IMG/VR virus record: IMGVR_UViG_3300045988_047747
DNA: 42,720 nt
Origin: a virus
Strand: one strand, 5' to 3'
Part shown: in pieces, positions 23,694 to 30,678 of the stretch
Layout of the letters: every line of letters starts with the position of its first letter
Numbering within the stretch: position 1 is the first letter of the stretch
Made by a program: the position numbers and the translations under genes
The notes under the pieces: model-generated
Databases searched by the model: none
Seen by the model: the letters and a program-made list of their open reading frames with translations, nothing else
What the model was told of the DNA's origin: nothing

Positions 23694-24410
23694 TTACAGG
23701 CCAAGCAACTGAGATTTCTTTGCGTTGTACTCCGCTTCCGTGATGGCCCCCATATCCAGTAGCTGCTTAAACTTCAAAAGTTCATCGGCGGAGCAGGGGG
23801 CAGCCGGAGCAGTGCCCTGCGGCTGTTCTGGAGAGCCTTTGCAACTCTTGAGAAACGCAGTCATTCCGCCGGGATAAACCGTTGTCGGCAAGTTGCTTTC
23901 GCCTAGTGGAAGCGCAAAGTGGATAGACACGCTCTCTTTACTGCGACCCTTGCGGGTCTCTGTTTTAGCGGTGGTAGCGCCCACGATCGCACCCACAGGC
24001 CCGGCAACGGCTGCACCGATCACGGCACGTCCAATACCACCCTTTGTCTCTGTCACCGTCAGATCGTCAGGAGTATCAGAATCATACCCAGCGACTTCAT
24101 CAAAACTGTAGATCATGCGAGGGCCTTTATCGCCGCTGCGGTGTCCAATGCAAAACAGCCGGTTGGGTTTGTCGATGGACACAAAGAGCGCGTCACTATC
24201 ATAGATGGAATCGGTTTCTTTGAACGTCTTTCGGCGGTTTTCCAGCGTAATCCAGTATTCCGCAAGTGCAGCTGTCGGTTGCTTTGCTGCCCGGATACCC
24301 AATTTTGAAAAGAAAAAGTTGCTGCAGCTGGCGCAAATCAAGCTGTCAGCGCTTTTCTCACGGTTCAGCAGACCCAACTTGCCGCCGCAGACAGGACAGG
24401 CATTTGCCAT
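23694..24410 (-). CDS. Zn-ribbon / glycine-zipper / SHOCT-domain protein (238 aa)
   Basis: GAGGTG SD. CPVCGGK...CASCS. GGIGRAVIGAAVAGPVGAIVGATT glycine zipper. C-terminal SADELLKFKQLLDMGAITEAEYNAKKSQLLGL matches the SHOCT consensus. Confidence 0.75.
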   Translation of the reverse strand: MANACPVCGGKLGLLNREKSADSLICASCSNFFFSKLGIRAAKQPTAALAEYWITLENRRKTFKETDSIYDSDALFVSIDKPNRLFCIGHRSGDKGPRMIYSFDEVAGYDSDTPDDLTVTETKGGIGRAVIGAAVAGPVGAIVGATTAKTETRKGRSKESVSIHFALPLGESNLPTTVYPGGMTAFLKSCKGSPEQPQGTAPAAPCSADELLKFKQLLDMGAITEAEYNAKKSQLLGL

Positions 24411-24423
24411 AATAAGCACCTCA

Positions 24424-24455
24424 CATAAACAAAAATAGGCAGCCAATCAGCTGCC
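24424..24455 (-). terminator. Weak terminator-like hairpin just upstream of the SHOCT gene SD
   Basis: ggcagc/gctgcc 6-bp stem, 6-nt loop. On the minus strand it is followed by TATTTTTGTTTAT. Confidence 0.45.
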
Positions 24456-24650
24456 GAAAAGCTAAATTATCAAGGAAAACGCCAAAGGGGGAAAATAAAG
24501 TGCAAGAAAATAGCACAAAATTTGCAAAATGTGATACAATGGAAGAAAAGTGCCGTCTCAAAGCTTTATTTTCTTCTCTGTCGGCACAGGAAAAACAAGA
24601 GGTGCTTTCCTATGCGGAAAGCCTGCTCAACAGCAGAAAGGAGTAAATCT

Positions 24651-25100
24651 GTGGATAAGTACGAAATTGAACTGGGTCGGTACAAAACCAGAATTTTTGC
24701 TCTTCTGGCAACGGAAGCGTCCGGCCTGCCCGGAATCAAAAGCGAAGAGTGCGCAAATTGCGACCACCGGTGCTCTCTTGAAATCGGGTGTTACTGCTTC
24801 AACTACGGATGCGGAAAGGGCAAGACCACGGAAGAGCTGCACGAAGCATTTGACCGCGTTTGTGATGCCCTTAAAATTTCTGGCCGAAGATGGACACCAG
24901 CAAATCCAATGCGGCCTGAAGTATTTGATTCTCCCGATCTGCTCGAAGCTCTTGAAGATAGGCTTCTCCAGCTAGCGGAAGAGAATAAATGTACTCGCTG
25001 GGAAGAAAACCACCCACCCCGTCAGGAATGTACTCTTTGCGGCGCTCATCAATCAGACCGCGTCCCTTCAAGTTCTGAATGTACCGATTCTGGCCGTTGA
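24651..25100 (+). CDS. Cys-rich hypothetical protein; C-terminal 230 nt overlap a convergent gene
   Basis: AAAGGAG lies 7 nt before GTG 24651. CANCDHRCSLEIGCYCFNYGCGKG. Third-position GC drops after about 24870, so the true end is uncertain. Confidence 0.4.
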   Translation: MDKYEIELGRYKTRIFALLATEASGLPGIKSEECANCDHRCSLEIGCYCFNYGCGKGKTTEELHEAFDRVCDALKISGRRWTPANPMRPEVFDSPDLLEALEDRLLQLAEENKCTRWEENHPPRQECTLCGAHQSDRVPSSSECTDSGR

Positions 25101-25212
25101 AACTGAAATCCTCGCCGGAAATGAGACAGACTTCGTGCTGGTTCATTTTCCCGTTGTGCTTCTCCATATATAATAGGAGAGCCAGGCTCTTTTTGTCCAA
25201 AAACTCAGCCAT
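24871..25212 (-). CDS. Hypothetical protein (113 aa), possible winged-helix
   Basis: ATG 25212 overlaps the stop of the upstream repressor gene by 8 nt. GC3 is higher than in the opposing frame. Confidence 0.65.
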   Translation of the reverse strand: MAEFLDKKSLALLLYMEKHNGKMNQHEVCLISGEDFSFNGQNRYIQNLKGRGLIDERRKEYIPDGVGGFLPSEYIYSLPLAGEAYLQELRADRENQILQAALDLLVSIFGQKF

Positions 25213-25561
25213 TGGGGTTTTCCTTCCTCTTTGCAACCTTAAATTCCATATACTCCAGAAGATCTGCACGGTCTGCATCGGTCATCTGACTTAGCAGCTC
25301 GTCAAACCTTGCATCCAGCCCACTCCCTTCACCGGGGGTGGGCTTTTCTTTTTGCTCTTCGCCCATAAGCTCTTCAATAGAAATTCGTAGAAAATCAGAC
25401 ACAAGCAGTAGCTTATCTTTCGGCGGATAGCGCTTTCCATTAGCCCATTTTCCTACTGTTCCGTTGGCAAATTTCAAATCTTTCTCCATTTTTGTAATGG
25501 AGCTTCCTTGATTTTTACACGATACACGGATAAATTCCACCAGTTCAGGCAAAGAACGCAT
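25205..25561 (-). CDS. CI-type repressor candidate, XRE HTH (118 aa)
   Basis: GGAGGAA SD. ITKMEKDLKFANGTVGKWANGKRYP HTH. Divergent from the Cro-like gene across an operator-bearing promoter. Confidence 0.85.
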   Translation of the reverse strand: MRSLPELVEFIRVSCKNQGSSITKMEKDLKFANGTVGKWANGKRYPPKDKLLLVSDFLRISIEELMGEEQKEKPTPGEGSGLDARFDELLSQMTDADRADLLEYMEFKVAKRKENPNG

Positions 25562-25577
25562 AAAAAAATTCCTCCAA

Positions 25578-25615
25578 TAGCCTAATTTTCTATTGACAGA
25601 TAGAAAATTAGGCTA
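25578..25615. promoter_or_regulatory. Operator: perfect 15-bp inverted repeat tagcctaattttcta / tagaaaattaggcta
   Basis: The arms flank the -35 hexamer and fill the spacer of the rightward promoter. Confidence 0.8.
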
Positions 25616-25621
25616 TATAAT
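25593..25621 (+). promoter_or_regulatory. Rightward early promoter, exact consensus TTGACA-17-TATAAT
   Basis: ttgaca gatagaaaattaggcta tataat. Confidence 0.8.
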
Positions 25622-25762
25622 AGAGAGCGTAAGGAGCAAACAAAACCAAAGCCCCTGACAATATTATATCGGGCAGACGCTAGATTTTATTCACTTTGTA
25701 CCTTGCAACTACATAGTAGCATATTTTCTAGTGATTTTCAAGCCCGGAAAGGAGAATTGCTA

Positions 25763-25978
25763 GTGAATGTATCAAAAATTGACCAGTTTTGCAAGTTGCA
25801 CGGACTGAGCCGCACCGATCTGGAGGCGGCGGCAGGCCTGAGCAACGGCGCAATCGGCAAGTGGGAGCGCTCGATTTACGGGCCAAGCCTTTCACAGTTG
25901 CTCAAGCTCGCAAAGTATTTCAAGGTCACACTGAACGAGCTTGTGGTCTACGATGAGGAAGGAGGAAAGCCTGAATGA
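25763..25978 (+). CDS. Cro-like XRE HTH protein (71 aa)
   Basis: AAAGGAG lies 8 nt before GTG 25763. LSRTDLEAAAGLSNGAIGKWERS HTH. Confidence 0.75.
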   Translation: MNVSKIDQFCKLHGLSRTDLEAAAGLSNGAIGKWERSIYGPSLSQLLKLAKYFKVTLNELVVYDEEGGKPE

Positions 25979-26700
25979 ACGACATTATCTTATCCACACA
26001 GAACGGCGAGCCAGTTGTTTCCAGTCGGGAAGTCGCCAAGAACTTTGGCAAAGAGCACAAGGACGTGCTCAAAGCCATCAACAATCTCGTGGCGCAAAAT
26101 TGCGCCGCCAAATCTATGTTCCATCTTTCCGACTTTGAGAATCGTGGCAAGAAGTACCCCATGTACCTGATGAACCGGGACGGCTTTTCGCTGCTGGCGA
26201 TGGGTTTTACCGGCAAGGAAGCGCTGGAATGGAAGCTGAAGTACATCCAAGCCTTCAACGCCATGGAAAAGCAGCTGGCACAGCGCCCGCAGCTTTCTCG
26301 CTCTGAGCTGATGGCACAGGCCCTGATTGCCGCCCACGATGAGCTTGAGCACAAGGACAGGCAGATTGCAGAGCTGACCCCGAAGGGCATCTTTGCGGAT
26401 GCCGTGAGTGCCAGCAAGAAGAGCATCCTTGTGGGCGAGTTGGCAAAGCTGCTGTGCCAGAACGGCGTGCAGATCGGGCAGAACCGGCTGTTCAGCTGGA
26501 TGCGGGAGCGCGGCTACCTTATCAAAGACCCCAAGCGCAGCGACTACAACATGCCCACACAGCGGGCCGTGGAGCAGGGCCTGTTTGAGATCAAGGAGAC
26601 CACCGTGGTGCACTCCGATGGACACACCAGCATCAACAAGACACCCAAAGTGACCGGCAAAGGTCAGATCTACTTTGTGAACCAGTTTGTGAAGCGGTAA
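25975..26700 (+). CDS. Antirepressor: Rha-family N-terminal domain plus KilAC/ANT C-terminal domain
   Basis: GEPVVSSREVAKNFGKEHKDVLKAI...YPMYLMNRDGFSLLAMGFTGKEALEWK is pRha-like. C-terminal half resembles that of 2114..2860. Confidence 0.85.
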   Translation: MNDIILSTQNGEPVVSSREVAKNFGKEHKDVLKAINNLVAQNCAAKSMFHLSDFENRGKKYPMYLMNRDGFSLLAMGFTGKEALEWKLKYIQAFNAMEKQLAQRPQLSRSELMAQALIAAHDELEHKDRQIAELTPKGIFADAVSASKKSILVGELAKLLCQNGVQIGQNRLFSWMRERGYLIKDPKRSDYNMPTQRAVEQGLFEIKETTVVHSDGHTSINKTPKVTGKGQIYFVNQFVKR

Positions 26701-26743
26701 AGCCACAGCGTGGCGTAAGCAATATATTTTGGAGGTTATCAAG

Positions 26744-27376
26744 ATGAAAAAACTGCATGTGAAAGCTACGTTTATTGAGCCGGTGCTGGGCACATGGCCC
26801 GCAAACCCCAATGTGGCCCGCGAGTTTATCGCCAGCAAGTCGCCGGATGCTGCAACCATCGAGGATGAAGTGGCGGCTCTTGGCCCTGATGCGGTAGCTG
26901 ACAAGGGCATGACCGTTTTCCCGCGTGACCCGGACGGCAATCCTATTTTTTACGATTACCAGATTAAAGGCATGTTTAAGGATGCTTGCGGGATGCTTTC
27001 CCGCATCGGCGGAAAGACCGAAACGGGAAAGAAGCGGGCTGCGAACGAAAGCGGCAAGCTGACCGCTTACAAGAAGGTCATTGACGGCCTGATCTTCGTC
27101 CAGCCCCGCATGATTCTCATTCACGTGAACGGCGAGATTACCGACTGCCAGCGTCCGCTGCGTGCACAGACCGCACAGGGAGAGCGTGTGAGCCTTGCCA
27201 ACAGTGAGGAGATTCCCGCTGGTTCGACCTGCGAGTTTGATGTCACGCTGCTGGACGATTCTCACGAGAAGGTCGTGCGTGAGTGGCTTGATTATGGCAT
27301 CCTGCGCGGCATCGGCCAGTGGCGCAACAGCGGCAAGGGCCGGTTTACTTACATCGCCTATGAGGTGAAAGCCTGA
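26744..27376 (+). CDS. Conserved-looking early protein with RAMP-like motifs (210 aa)
   Basis: TGGAGGT SD. LHVKATFIEPVLGT, YQIKGMFKDA and C-terminal GIGQWRNSGKGRF glycine-rich loop. Confidence 0.7.
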   Translation: MKKLHVKATFIEPVLGTWPANPNVAREFIASKSPDAATIEDEVAALGPDAVADKGMTVFPRDPDGNPIFYDYQIKGMFKDACGMLSRIGGKTETGKKRAANESGKLTAYKKVIDGLIFVQPRMILIHVNGEITDCQRPLRAQTAQGERVSLANSEEIPAGSTCEFDVTLLDDSHEKVVREWLDYGILRGIGQWRNSGKGRFTYIAYEVKA

Positions 27377-27780
27377 GAGCGAGGGCATGGCATTGACGGC
27401 CCTGATTCGCGGAGGCATGGCACGGCGACGCGTGGCGAAGGAATTGAGTGGCAAGGCGTGGTTTGGCGAAGCAAAGCGCGGAATTGCAACGGAAAAGCTC
27501 TGCATTGAGTTGCAAAGGCAGAGCAAGGCTGAGAGGTGCGTGGCAACGGCTATGAGGTGAACTGCTGTGCAGTGGCACTGAGAAGCACAGACAGGCAAGG
27601 CAAAGGCGAAGCAGAGCATGGCGACGCGAAGGAATGGCAGAGAAAAGCGCTGATGTGATTTGCAAAGGAAAAGTGGTGCACCGTAACGATTCGCTGCGGC
27701 AAGGTTTTGCTTCGGATGCATTGGCATGGCAACGCGACACACCGCGACGGCAAAGCAAAGAGAAGGCATTTTATTGAACA
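27358..27780 (+). repeat. Purine-skewed degenerate repeat tract, no convincing CDS
   Basis: 12-mer ctatgaggtgaa at 27358 and 27550. 14 top-strand copies of GC[AG]A[AG]G and none of its complement. 40/60 purines in 27421..27480. Confidence 0.7.
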
Positions 27781-27803
27781 TTTTATTAAAAGGAGAAACG
27801 AGC

Positions 27804-28046
27804 ATGAAAAAAGTTATTGTTGGCGTAGCGTCCGTATTGGCAAGCGCTTTGCTGATGGCCGGATGCAATAAGCAGGTCATCGATTTGACTTATGAATACA
27901 ACTGGGCACAGCTGAAAATGCCCGATGGAACGATTGTCGAGGGCAAGCTGAATAGTTGGGACGATTACGAGGGCGACCAGCTGCAAGTGAAAATTGACGG
28001 TGTGACCTATCTGGTTCATTCGTCCAATGTTGTGCTGCGTCATTGA
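27804..28046 (+). CDS. Lipoprotein (80 aa)
   Basis: AAAGGAG SD. Signal peptide with lipobox: MKKVIVGVASVLASALLMAGC. Confidence 0.8.
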   Translation: MKKVIVGVASVLASALLMAGCNKQVIDLTYEYNWAQLKMPDGTIVEGKLNSWDDYEGDQLQVKIDGVTYLVHSSNVVLRH

Positions 28047-28062
28047 TGCAAGGAGGATTTTT

Positions 28063-28380
28063 ATGAAAACCACGATGCGCGATAAAGTTTGCCAGCTGAT
28101 TGGCAAGTATCAGTATCTCGAAGACTATTACAAAACGAAAGCGGCCATCCAAGCACAAAAGAGCTTCTTAGACGGCGGCTTTATCATCCGGCTTGCAGAG
28201 CCTGCGCAGGCAGATATGTGCGGCCAGTTCTTGACCGATTTGAACAAGCTGCTGGAAGAGGACGAAGCTGCAGCAGCCCAGGATGACCCCCGCAAGACCG
28301 CCCCAGCGGGCAAGTGGTGCACGGAATCAGCGGCACAGGCAGCTGAGAGAGTCGCAAAGGAGGCGCGGAACAATGGGTGA
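28063..28380 (+). CDS. Hypothetical protein (105 aa)
   Basis: AGGAGG SD before ATG 28063. Confidence 0.7.
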   Translation: MKTTMRDKVCQLIGKYQYLEDYYKTKAAIQAQKSFLDGGFIIRLAEPAQADMCGQFLTDLNKLLEEDEAAAAQDDPRKTAPAGKWCTESAAQAAERVAKEARNNG

Positions 28381-28555
28381 AGTACTATCGATCATCATCG
28401 CGTTTGCCGCCCTTCTGGGCATCTCGTGGGGCGTTACCTGTGCCGCCGTGTGGGCCATCTGCGCATTGATGCACTGGACGTTCACCTGGGCCGCCGGAAC
28501 GGCGGCGTGGATCGCGCTCTGGCTCATCGGCAGCTTTGGCAGCTCTAAGAAGTGA
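28373..28555 (+). CDS. Small two-TM membrane protein (60 aa)
   Basis: AAGGAGG lies 8 nt before ATG 28373. Trp-rich hydrophobic sequence. Confidence 0.6.
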   Translation: MGEVLSIIIAFAALLGISWGVTCAAVWAICALMHWTFTWAAGTAAWIALWLIGSFGSSKK

Positions 28556-28564
28556 GGCCGAGCC

Positions 28565-28687
28565 GTGAAGAAGCACTACAACAAGCGCTGGCTTGAACAG
28601 CGCTGGGATGCAAGGCAGCCGGAGCGGTTGGAGCATATCCAGATGAAGCGGAAGCTGAGAGAAAAAAAGGAGGGGGTGCGGCAATGA
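28565..28687 (+). CDS. Small basic ORF (40 aa)
   Basis: GTG start after GAGG. ATGA coupling to the next gene. Below the track cutoff. Confidence 0.35.
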   Translation: MKKHYNKRWLEQRWDARQPERLEHIQMKRKLREKKEGVRQ

Positions 28688-28920
28688 AGCCGAGCATGGG
28701 AATTGCAGAGTGCTGCCAGATCATGCGTGACAATAACATTTCGGTGAGCGAGCCGATCTTTACTGGTATGATTCAGGCCGGCAGCTTCCCGGCATGGGCG
28801 GTGCCGTCTATTGACACCAAGAGCGCCGCCCCGCTGATCTCACGCGCCGGATTTATGGCGTGGATGAAGGATTTCTACAAACTTGAGAAGATCTACACAA
28901 AGGAGGACCCGAAAGAATGA
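28684..28920 (+). CDS. Possible excisionase / MerR-type HTH protein (78 aa)
   Basis: AGGAGGGGG SD. IAECCQIMRDNNISVSEPIFTGMIQAGSFP...ISRAGFMAWM resembles Xis-type HTH proteins. Confidence 0.4.
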   Translation: MKPSMGIAECCQIMRDNNISVSEPIFTGMIQAGSFPAWAVPSIDTKSAAPLISRAGFMAWMKDFYKLEKIYTKEDPKE

Positions 28921-29201
28921 AACTAAAATCCACTACTTACTACTGGCTGGCTGTCATTTTTGGCGGCGTTGGAATGGGTGCAGCTATGGGCGCAGAGGGT
29001 ACCGCGCAGACCACCGGATACATCTCCGGCACGCTGTTTGCGGTGTCGCTGGTGCTGATTTTGGCCGCTGTTCTGCTGGCTCGTCTGGGCTTTGCCGCAG
29101 AGGACAGGGAGAGAGCCGCAAAGCGGCGCAAGTACGGCAAGATCAGCCGCACCCACGCCCGCAACCCGGAGTATCCGGAGAATCAGGAGCGTGGGGCATG
29201 A
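28917..29201 (+). CDS. Two-TM membrane protein (94 aa)
   Basis: Two hydrophobic segments followed by a basic tail. ATGA coupling. Confidence 0.65.
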   Translation: MKLKSTTYYWLAVIFGGVGMGAAMGAEGTAQTTGYISGTLFAVSLVLILAAVLLARLGFAAEDRERAAKRRKYGKISRTHARNPEYPENQERGA

Positions 29202-29407
29202 TGACGGCTAAAGAGTACGTTGAGGACAAAGTCAAATCCTACACGCGGCTTGCTGAACGCTGCAGGCGAGAAGCCGAAACCTCAGATGACATTGTCGTCC
29301 GGGCCGGATACTCCGCACGGGCAAACGTCTGGGAGATGTGCGCCGAAGAAATGGACAACGTGCGGGAGATGCTGCAAGAGGAATCTGGAGAGATCACGTA
29401 TGCCTGA
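29198..29407 (+). CDS. Hypothetical protein (69 aa)
   Basis: ATG 29198 overlaps the previous stop. Confidence 0.6.
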   Translation: MMTAKEYVEDKVKSYTRLAERCRREAETSDDIVVRAGYSARANVWEMCAEEMDNVREMLQEESGEITYA

Positions 29408-29550
29408 CGCTGTCCACCATGTCATGTGGTACACCGTGTATGACACAAAAAAAGTAGAGCCTGCCCGTGCGCCAACACGGACAAGCCCGAGGGATGATGA
29501 GTTTCGCCGCCCATCACCACAAAAATAACATAAAACAGGAGGTTTTACAA

Positions 29551-29724
29551 GTGGCACTTTTGAGAATTTACGATGTGAAGCAAGAGCCGCCAGCGCTTGT
29601 TTCGCAACAGCAATTTCCGGTTGCTTCGGATGCAATTGTGATTGCCGATGAACTGGCAAAGAGAAAGCCCGAACGGCTGTACAGGGTGTTTGACGCTGAT
29701 ATGAACGTTGTGTATGCGAGGTGA
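29551..29724 (+). CDS. Hypothetical protein (57 aa)
   Basis: AGGAGG lies 8 nt before GTG 29551. Confidence 0.5.
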   Translation: MALLRIYDVKQEPPALVSQQQFPVASDAIVIADELAKRKPERLYRVFDADMNVVYAR

Positions 29725-29730
29725 ATATTT

Positions 29731-30660
29731 ATGCAAGAAGAATTGACCGTCCGGGTGGAGCACCCGGAACTGCCCGCGATCCGGTGGAATGAAGCCGAGG
29801 TGCAGCAGAACCTGACCGAGATGCTGGCCGCCTACACTGGCCGCGTCTACACCCCGGAGACCATCAAGGATGCCAAGGCCGACCGCGCAGCCGTGAACAA
29901 GCTGGACAAGCAGCTCTCGGATGCTGCCCGCAGTGCAAAGGCCTTTTACATGAAGCCGCTGGAAGAGTTCTTGCAGAGCGCCAAGCAGATGCAGGGCCAG
30001 TGTAAGGCCGTCTCCGGTGCCATTGACCAGCAGGTCAAGGCTGTGGAGGAAGCCGAGAGGCAGGATAAGCAGGATGCGCTGCGGGCTGTCTATGCCGACT
30101 GCATCGGAGAACTGCGGGAGCTTATCCCCTTTGACCGCCTGCTTGTTCCCCAGTGGCTGAACAAGACCTATGATCTGGCAAAGGCCGGCCGGGAGCTGCG
30201 CAAGAGCGTGGAGACCCGGCGGGAGGAGCTGCGTCTGATCCGGGAGACCTGCGGAGAGGACGCAGAGGCTTGCACCACGGAGTATCTGCGTGAACTGAAT
30301 CTGAACGCCGCCCTTGTGGAGCATAGCCGCCGCCAGAATGCCCGGGACGCCCAGCGCCGCGCAGAAGCCGAGAGAATGGCCGCAGAGCGGGTGCAGGCCA
30401 CCGCTCCGGTCATTATCCCTCCGACCGAAGAAGAACGCCAGATCGCCGCAGAAGCGGTCCAAACGGCGCAGGCCAATGCAGCCATCACGCCGGATGGCAG
30501 GTTGGATTTCAGCATGCTTCAGAGATTCGCAGAGCCTGTCCAGCCGGAAGCTCCTGCCCGCAAGCAGTATCGTTTCTGGGTAGAGTTCACCCGCGAGGAT
30601 ATTGCATGGTTCAAGCAGGGAGCCGCAGAGCGCGGTTTCCGCTATGGTTCTATCAAATAA
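29731..30660 (+). CDS. DUF1351-like protein of the recombination module
   Basis: 309-aa helical protein directly upstream of RecT, as DUF1351 genes usually are in Firmicutes phages. Confidence 0.6.
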   Translation: MQEELTVRVEHPELPAIRWNEAEVQQNLTEMLAAYTGRVYTPETIKDAKADRAAVNKLDKQLSDAARSAKAFYMKPLEEFLQSAKQMQGQCKAVSGAIDQQVKAVEEAERQDKQDALRAVYADCIGELRELIPFDRLLVPQWLNKTYDLAKAGRELRKSVETRREELRLIRETCGEDAEACTTEYLRELNLNAALVEHSRRQNARDAQRRAEAERMAAERVQATAPVIIPPTEEERQIAAEAVQTAQANAAITPDGRLDFSMLQRFAEPVQPEAPARKQYRFWVEFTREDIAWFKQGAAERGFRYGSIK

Positions 30661-30678
30661 TTTTGGAGGTATTTACTT

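Noticed and set aside
24539-24646. 35-aa ORF MEEKCRLKALFSSLSAQEKQEVLSYAESLLNSRKE.
   Set aside because: It has no SD. Its ATG overlaps a candidate extended -10 element (TGaTACAAT, 24532..24540), so it would lie upstream of the likely transcript start. This remains unresolved rather than excluded.
27387-27777. Small ORFs 27387..27560 (57 aa) and 27634..27777 (47 aa) in the purine-rich tract.
   Set aside because: The GGAGG/AAGGA sequences abut the ATGs with 0-1 nt spacing. The peptides are repeat-driven (A/K/R/G-rich), and several frames are equally open.
29400-29528. 42-aa ORF MPDAVHHVMWYTVYDTKKVEPARAPTRTSPRDDEFRRPSPQK.
   Set aside because: It fills the gap and overlaps the previous stop (possible coupling), but it has no SD and a disordered-looking sequence. 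The evidence is too weak to list it as a feature.
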